This document shows, piece after piece, positions 1-4,172 of a stretch of 7,415 nt of DNA. The notes beneath the pieces were generated by a model that saw nothing but the letters and a program-made list of their open reading frames with translations, ran no database searches and had not been told where the DNA came from. The DNA lies in assembly GCA_048939465.1 (NCBI GenBank), contig JBHLPL010000096.1, positions 1 through 7,415 on the forward strand. Reading direction: 5' to 3'. Position 1 is the stretch's first letter. Every line of letters begins with the position of its first letter. A program made the position numbers and the translations under genes. This DNA is from Promethearchaeota archaeon (GTDB lineage Archaea > Asgardarchaeota > Odinarchaeia > Odinarchaeales > JBHLKK01).

Positions 1-2
1 AA

Positions 3-1151
3 ACATACGACTACTGGTGGTGGAACGAAAACGTAAGCATTGTTGAATATCACAGGGAACAGGTGATGAATCCTCAGGGTGAACATACGTATTCTGTGCA
101 GAAGTATTCAGGCGGTAGCGACGCAATAGCCTATTACATAGTTAACGATCCTTCCTTACGTGAAGAAATGGTCTGGGATCATATTTACAACTTGTGGGGT
201 GAACTCGACTATACTTGGCGACAAAACGTAACATTCTCTTTCAACAACTTCGAATCAGACGAGGGTGATATTCTACACCAAGGCTACTACGACAGCATAA
301 GTGGGGTTATACTTGAAGTTGATCTAAACTGGGTCAATTCTTCCTGGTATGATCTTGATGACTTATTTGACCACTGGATAGATACATCTCTTGGCACGAA
401 CGATACTTTTTCAGTCACAGTTTCAGGAGGGAGCAACGGAACTCATCATACAATCCTTTCGACCGAGAGTGTGGCTGGAGCACCGAATGCCACAGTAGAT
501 GATCCTGACGGCAACCTATTAACAGCATATTGGTACAACACAACACCCGATGAACTCAGCGGGTTATTATTCAGTGTTGCTGGGGGTGGTGTCTCTGGTG
601 GTTACATCGATCCGAATGTCATTTCTGAGAACAACCCCTTCATATTGCATGACCCATACCTGGGGGTCCGATTCGAGATAACAGGCATCTCCAATCCAAC
701 TGGCATAACTGTGGGCGTGGCTACCGATCCAGCGGCACCTGGTGGAGGATTGACACCTGTCGGATTCTACGTAAACGTAACTACTACGTCGCCTGTAACC
801 TCCGTGGAGGGCTGGATAACATTCTTCTATACGGACGCAATGATTGAGGACCTGGGTCTTAATGAGGAAACGCTGGAAGTATACTGGTACAACACATCTA
901 CCAGTTCATACGAGGCTCTTTCGCCAGTCATAAGAAACACAGAGGAAAACTGGGTTTCAGGATACCTGACCCACTTCAGTGTGTTTGTGCTTCTAGGGTT
1001 GCCGACCGGACTTCCACTCTGGCTCATTTTGACCGTCGTTGCAGTAGTAGTTGTTGCAGCTCTTGCAGTAGGTTTCGTCTTACTTAGGAGAAGGACAGCT
1101 CCTGTCAAAGGAAAACCATCAACTGAGACTGAAGGCTGGAAAGAAACCTAA
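3..1151 (+). CDS. Large cell-surface (S-layer-like) glycoprotein with C-terminal transmembrane anchor, 5'-truncated by the window edge
   Basis: Frame is open from base 3 (TYDYWWWNENVSIVEYHREQV...), so the GTG at 63 is not the real start. Nine N-x-S/T sequons are visible (NVS, NVT, NSS, NDT, NGT, NAT, NTT, NVT, NTS). The membrane-proximal beta domain ends in ...LEVYWYN...NWVSGYLTHFSVFVLLG, a pattern common in archaeal surface proteins. It is followed by a hydrophobic helix LWLILTVVAVVVVAALAVGFVLL, an RRR stop-transfer and a short tail. Confidence 0.85.
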   Translation, partial: TYDYWWWNENVSIVEYHREQVMNPQGEHTYSVQKYSGGSDAIAYYIVNDPSLREEMVWDHIYNLWGELDYTWRQNVTFSFNNFESDEGDILHQGYYDSISGVILEVDLNWVNSSWYDLDDLFDHWIDTSLGTNDTFSVTVSGGSNGTHHTILSTESVAGAPNATVDDPDGNLLTAYWYNTTPDELSGLLFSVAGGGVSGGYIDPNVISENNPFILHDPYLGVRFEITGISNPTGITVGVATDPAAPGGGLTPVGFYVNVTTTSPVTSVEGWITFFYTDAMIEDLGLNEETLEVYWYNTSTSSYEALSPVIRNTEENWVSGYLTHFSVFVLLGLPTGLPLWLILTVVAVVVVAALAVGFVLLRRRTAPVKGKPSTETEGWKET

Positions 1152-1160
1152 ATCTCCTCA

Positions 1161-1177
1161 TTTTTTTTCTTCGTTTT
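1161..1177 (+). terminator. Archaeal-type oligo-T terminator
   Basis: T8 run (1161-1168) then CTTCGTTTT, starting 10 nt after the TAA of the surface protein, in a convergent intergenic gap. Confidence 0.55.
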
Positions 1178-1292
1178 CGCAGTGACAAATGCAACGAAGA
1201 ATGAGCTAAGCTTCGGGAATTTTCTCACAATGGATTTCTATCTTTCCGTGCTTGTTAAGTCTGCTTACGACCCTGTTTCGGATCTAAGCGTA

Positions 1293-2429
1293 CTAGTGGC
1301 CCCTGAGGATTTCTACTGGTGACGTTTTTGATACTTTATAGGCAGGATATAGCCCGCCGACTACTCCCATCGCTACAACGAATACAGTTATCTGAAGAAA
1401 CACCGAAAGCCGTAAGGGGTTGAGAACAATGGTGAAGAGCATCTGCACGAGCTGAAGGAATACTATTCCCAAAATAAATCCGATCATCCCGCCTATGATC
1501 GTGATAATCAGCGACTCGTAGATTATATCTTTGATAACATCGCTATTCTGCCATCCAGTTGCTTTGAGCGTAGCAAACTCCTTCATACGTTCTATTACAC
1601 TCATCAGCATGGCTACGGCAATGCTCATACCGCCAGAAATCCCTGCTATCAGCGATATGGAGAGCACAATGACATTCATGGTTTCTGTAAACTCAGTTAC
1701 GGTTTCCAGTTGCTCCTCAAACAAGAACACTTCAAGTCCAAGATTCTCCTCTTCCGAAATTCTATTTATTTCACTCCTGATAAAATCAACGTTGTCCGGT
1801 ATATCCGATTTAATCTGTAGAACGCTATAGGTATCATTTGTGAAATCAGTCTTAAGCTCCCTTACGGTCTCTGGAAATGCATATATGCTTACTCCAAGAA
1901 TAATAGAGGCGGGCTCGTATAATCCTACTATGGTAAGATTGACCCAGTATAGAGATGGTGTTATGAAGGGAAGTTCATCTCCGATCTTCAAATCGACATA
2001 ATTCGCCGTAGTTTCAGACATAATGCATTCTCTGTTGGTCTCAAATAGTCTTCCTTTGGTTAGCTCTGAAGTAGGTCCATCTATTGCGGTATCATTTTCA
2101 ATAACGACGCCAACGAGTTGTGGGTTTATAGGAGAACCTGCTACAGATACCTGATGGATCACTTCAGCGGAGTAAGATTCAACATGGGCAATCTGAGTTA
2201 TGCTTTCTACGTCGGATAGATTGAATTTACTCGCGTGAGCTAGCTGGCCCTTTTGCCTGACTGTTATGGAATCGAGGTTTTTTAGCGCAAATTTGTTTGT
2301 CTCTTCGGTAATGGTTGCGCTTAATGATCCCATAACTGTCATTAGACTGACCCCAACGGTTATCCCTATCAAAGCCAGGATTGCAATACTCTTCCTTCTA
2401 AAGGCGTTCTTGGCGGCAAATCTGAGCAT
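1293..2429 (-). CDS. ABC transporter permease, MacB/FtsX (SalY-like) family
   Basis: N-terminal KNAFRRKSIAILALIGITVGV + TM1, a large extracytoplasmic domain with GRLF motif, SVIERMKEFATLKATGW coupling motif, three C-terminal TMs and GGLYPAYKVSKTSPVEILR end. ATG preceded by GGGAGG. Confidence 0.9.
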   Translation of the reverse strand: MLRFAAKNAFRRKSIAILALIGITVGVSLMTVMGSLSATITEETNKFALKNLDSITVRQKGQLAHASKFNLSDVESITQIAHVESYSAEVIHQVSVAGSPINPQLVGVVIENDTAIDGPTSELTKGRLFETNRECIMSETTANYVDLKIGDELPFITPSLYWVNLTIVGLYEPASIILGVSIYAFPETVRELKTDFTNDTYSVLQIKSDIPDNVDFIRSEINRISEEENLGLEVFLFEEQLETVTEFTETMNVIVLSISLIAGISGGMSIAVAMLMSVIERMKEFATLKATGWQNSDVIKDIIYESLIITIIGGMIGFILGIVFLQLVQMLFTIVLNPLRLSVFLQITVFVVAMGVVGGLYPAYKVSKTSPVEILRGH

Positions 2430-2436
2430 CTGATGT

Positions 2437-2442
2437 CCTCCC
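2437..2442 (-). promoter_or_regulatory. Shine-Dalgarno site of the permease
   Basis: GGGAGG 7 nt upstream of the ATG at 2429. Confidence 0.6.
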
Positions 2443-2474
2443 GTTTAAGCTGCTGTCAGCTATTCACTTGATAA

Positions 2475-2603
2475 ATGAGAGTTGGATTAATCGTAACTAT
2501 CATATCGGTGATATGTCTTCTGGCACTCGTTATATATGTATCTATTCCCCCTGACTTGGAAAATGGGAAAAAAAGGAGCACGATGCTCGCTTCGAGAAGA
2601 TGA
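2475..2603 (+). CDS. Possible 42-aa single-pass membrane protein (below ORF-track cutoff)
   Basis: ATG 2475 to TGA 2601-2603 reads MRVGLIVTIISVICLLALVIYVSIPPDLENGKKRSTMLASRR, about 22 hydrophobic residues then a basic tail. No SD. TTTAAG at 2444-2449 lies about 26 nt upstream, as expected for a leaderless archaeal mRNA. Confidence 0.35.
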   Translation: MRVGLIVTIISVICLLALVIYVSIPPDLENGKKRSTMLASRR

Positions 2604-2688
2604 CCAGTTCTAAAGGTCGCAAATGATTTCTGCCAATTCTTGCAATAGCTTATTCTGAGTCCCGATTCCTACGAATTCTAAGGGATTG

Positions 2689-3141
2689 TCATAACTTGGA
2701 AGCCAATTTCTTTCCGTATTCAAAGCACTCAGCAACAGCTCCTTCTACCAAAGGGCCCCTCATCCCTTCGACCTTTACGGAAAGACCTTGGTCAATCAAT
2801 TTAATACCTCTAACTTTTTCGTCGATTATTCTTCGCATGCTTATCACTGCCTTCATATGGTCACCGCCCGCGTATGTATCGAATAGAAATCCCTTCTTCT
2901 CTTTTAGACCTTGCTTTCCAACTTTATCTATGAATTTTCGCATTCCCCTGGTTGCTTTTCCAACGTGATTCGGAGATCCGAAAGCAATTAGGTCGTATTT
3001 GGCAACATATTCCGGTTTTGTCTCTTTTGGTGTCCTTAGGTCGATTTCCATCGCCTTCACAGCTTTTATGCCTTCGATTATCTTCTCTGCCACGATTCTG
3101 GTGTTTCCATATTTGGATTCATAGACGATAATCCCAGCCAA
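2689..3141 (-). CDS. Flavodoxin-like protein (short-chain, FMN-binding)
   Basis: IIVYESKYGNTRIVAEKI phosphate-binding loop, AFGSPNHVG and LFDTYAG motifs, VEGMRGPL C-terminal loop, 150 aa. TTG start with GGAGGG 8 nt upstream. Confidence 0.88.
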   Translation of the reverse strand: MAGIIVYESKYGNTRIVAEKIIEGIKAVKAMEIDLRTPKETKPEYVAKYDLIAFGSPNHVGKATRGMRKFIDKVGKQGLKEKKGFLFDTYAGGDHMKAVISMRRIIDEKVRGIKLIDQGLSVKVEGMRGPLVEGAVAECFEYGKKLASKL

Positions 3142-3149
3142 GGAGCAAA

Positions 3150-3155
3150 CCCTCC
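3150..3155 (-). promoter_or_regulatory. Shine-Dalgarno site of the flavodoxin-like gene
   Basis: GGAGGG 8 nt upstream of the TTG start at 3141. Confidence 0.6.
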
Positions 3156-3190
3156 ATAGTTATTACAACGAGGATATCAAATTCCCCTTG

Positions 3191-3205
3191 TTTTAAATGC
3201 TTCGG
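3191..3205 (-). promoter_or_regulatory. Putative archaeal BRE-TATA promoter for the flavodoxin-like gene
   Basis: Minus strand reads CCGAAG-C-ATTTAAAA. This would put the start site near 3165-3170, just upstream of the SD. Confidence 0.45.
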
Positions 3206-3317
3206 TTGTTTTCAGGAACCCCACGTTTTCTTTGGATGAATATTCACAGAGTAATAATCACGTATTAGTCAATGATAAGAAGAATCCAACACGACATCAT
3301 TATTGAGGTATGCTTCT

Positions 3318-3509
3318 ATGATAACGTTAACAAAGAAGGAGATATTAGAATTCCTGAAGAATACAAAGAACAACTTCTCGAAACTTCCGAAGGAAATTAG
3401 AGAATCTCTGATTAGCAATATGATTCAATGTACAACACAAGCCATAAATGAAGTTATCAGGAAAAGGCTAGTCAAAATAGAAGAGGTGCTAGTGGGCGCA
3501 GCCGGATAG
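3318..3509 (+). CDS. Small basic helical hypothetical protein (63 aa)
   Basis: GAGGT at 3305-3309 lies 8 nt before the in-frame ATG 3318, favouring it over the TTG at 3303. The sequence MITLTKKEILEFLKNTKNNFSKLPKEIRESLISNMIQCTTQAINEVIRKRLVKIEEVLVGAAG has amphipathic helical periodicity. A hairpin and T tract follow. Confidence 0.6.
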   Translation: MITLTKKEILEFLKNTKNNFSKLPKEIRESLISNMIQCTTQAINEVIRKRLVKIEEVLVGAAG

Positions 3510-3515
3510 ACATCT

Positions 3516-3560
3516 GTGGTTTTGAGACCACCCACACTCCTTTATTCTTGTTGTTTTTTC
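3516..3560 (+). terminator. Putative terminator of the small ORF
   Basis: Short hairpin GTGGT-TTTGAG-ACCAC (3516-3531) followed by T-rich TTTATTCTTGTTGTTTTTTC (3541-3560). Confidence 0.4.
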
Positions 3561-3637
3561 ACTGAATTCACCAATTGGTATGTATCCATTTTAAATCCTT
3601 AGACGCCAATACAAAAACTACAGACGGGAGGGTGAAA

Positions 3638-3806
3638 ATGGCGATGCTCCTGAAAGGCCCTCCAGGGCATTAGGATATCTCAAGCAAAGCTTTTTGAGTC
3701 TTCTTTTCCTTCGGTTATCCTTGGAATTGGATACGATAATGATTTAAATGGTTCTGACGATATAACTACTAAGCTGGAGGAGGTCAAGGGAAAAGGGGAT
3801 TCTTAA
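3638..3806 (+). pseudogene. Possible frameshifted small ORF
   Basis: Strong SD GGAGGGTGA then ATG 3638 gives only MAMLLKGPPGH*. Removing one G from CCAGGG (3662-3667) joins it to an open frame ending at TAA 3804-3806, giving 55 aa. No recognisable domain. Confidence 0.2.
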
Positions 3807-4168
3807 CCCCCAGCATATCTAGGTAAACAGCTCACTCATGTTTGCGGGATAATGGATGAGTTGATTTAGCAGTAAACCACTCCTGCCTTGCAGAAGGAGC
3901 ATACTACCATGGTTGACCGCAATTCCCTTCCGAGCTTTGGTTTCATCACGCGTCAAACCAGAGGTGGGTTTACAGCGCCCCAGTCTAGCAATCCGCGTAC
4001 AGCGTCAGCCTACTGGGTTTATTCCATCCATCCTCCCCGCAGGTCATTAACCGTTTCCACATTGAAGAGACCTATGCCTTTGGACCTTCGGAGGCTACCA
4101 CAGATTCATTCAAGAACCGCTCAATTTCTCTCCGCCCTTTCAGGCAGAGTCACCTTGAGGTGGTCTAG
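3791..4168 (-). ncRNA. Putative large structured RNA (~380 nt) of unassigned family
   Basis: Nested helices found by eye (plus coordinates): 3843-3848/4036-4041, 3851-3858/4025-4032, 3872-3878/3967-3973, 3910-3923/3945-3960, 3979-3984/4012-4017, 3880-3884/3895-3899, 4042-4045/4069-4072, 4130-4137/4142-4149. Minus-strand loops are GAAA, GGAA, GGAA, GCAA. Several G-U pairs on the minus strand would be A-C mismatches on plus. Confidence 0.7.
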
Positions 4169-4172
4169 ATGA
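4120..4172 (-). mobile_element. IS200/IS605-family left-end-like sequence (non-autonomous or relic) with TCAT/ATGA target motif
   Basis: Minus strand reads TCAT|CTAGACCACCTCAAG-GTGA-CTCTGCCT-GAAA-GGGCGGAG-AGAAATTGAG. This resembles the CAAGGAGACCCCGCCC-N4-GGGCGGGGAGGAATTG end hairpin I recognise from IS200/IS605 (IscB/TnpB) elements. The tetranucleotide at the hairpin foot sits at +16..+19 from TCAT, the same spacing as the IS608 left-end guide. No tnpA, tnpB or iscB ORF is nearby. Confidence 0.6.
4157..4162 (+). promoter_or_regulatory. Shine-Dalgarno site of the glycyl radical enzyme
   Basis: GAGGTG 6 nt upstream of ATG 4169. It lies inside the IS-end-like sequence. Confidence 0.6.

Noticed and set aside
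827-2968. ORF-track entries 827..1108, 1531..1830 and 2696..2968
   Set aside because: Antisense shadows of well-supported genes, with no motifs or SD.
3943-4008. C/D box sRNA or SECIS suggested by GUGAUGA (3949-3943) and CUGA (4008-4005) on the minus strand
   Set aside because: The D-like box lies upstream of the C-like box and no matching D box follows at guide distance. No SECIS-type GA quartet, and no in-frame UGA in neighbouring genes.
3525-4166. Short inverted matches AGACCACC (3525-3532 vs 4159-4166) and CCTGAAAGG (3649-3657 vs 4136-4144) as terminal inverted repeats
   Set aside because: Only 8-9 bp, found post hoc, spacing not collinear, no target-site duplication, and IS200/IS605 elements do not use TIRs.
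3791-4168. SRP RNA, RNase P RNA or a known riboswitch (ZTP/pfl, cobalamin, FMN, SAM, TPP, lysine)
   Set aside because: The CUC-GGAA-GGG hairpin lacks the CAGG/AGCA flanks of SRP helix 8. There is no GAGGAAAGUCC-type RNase P core and no recognisable riboswitch consensus on either strand. The structured strand is also antisense to the downstream gene.
3560-4168. Canonical IscB/IsrB omega-RNA with downstream nuclease
   Set aside because: No GUCAACUACCCC-type start or GGAUGC..CCAGUCC core in the right order. The minus strand downstream of 3840 has only short frames (MSELFT*, MLGVKNPLFP*), and the PLFP resemblance to PLMP is followed at once by a stop.
3888-4172. 94-aa plus-strand ORF as a real protein or IscB/TnpB remnant
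   Set aside because: TTG start without SD, low-complexity P/R/S/T composition, no RuvC, HNH, zinc-finger or PLMP motifs. It is best explained as the antisense reading of the structured RNA and IS end.
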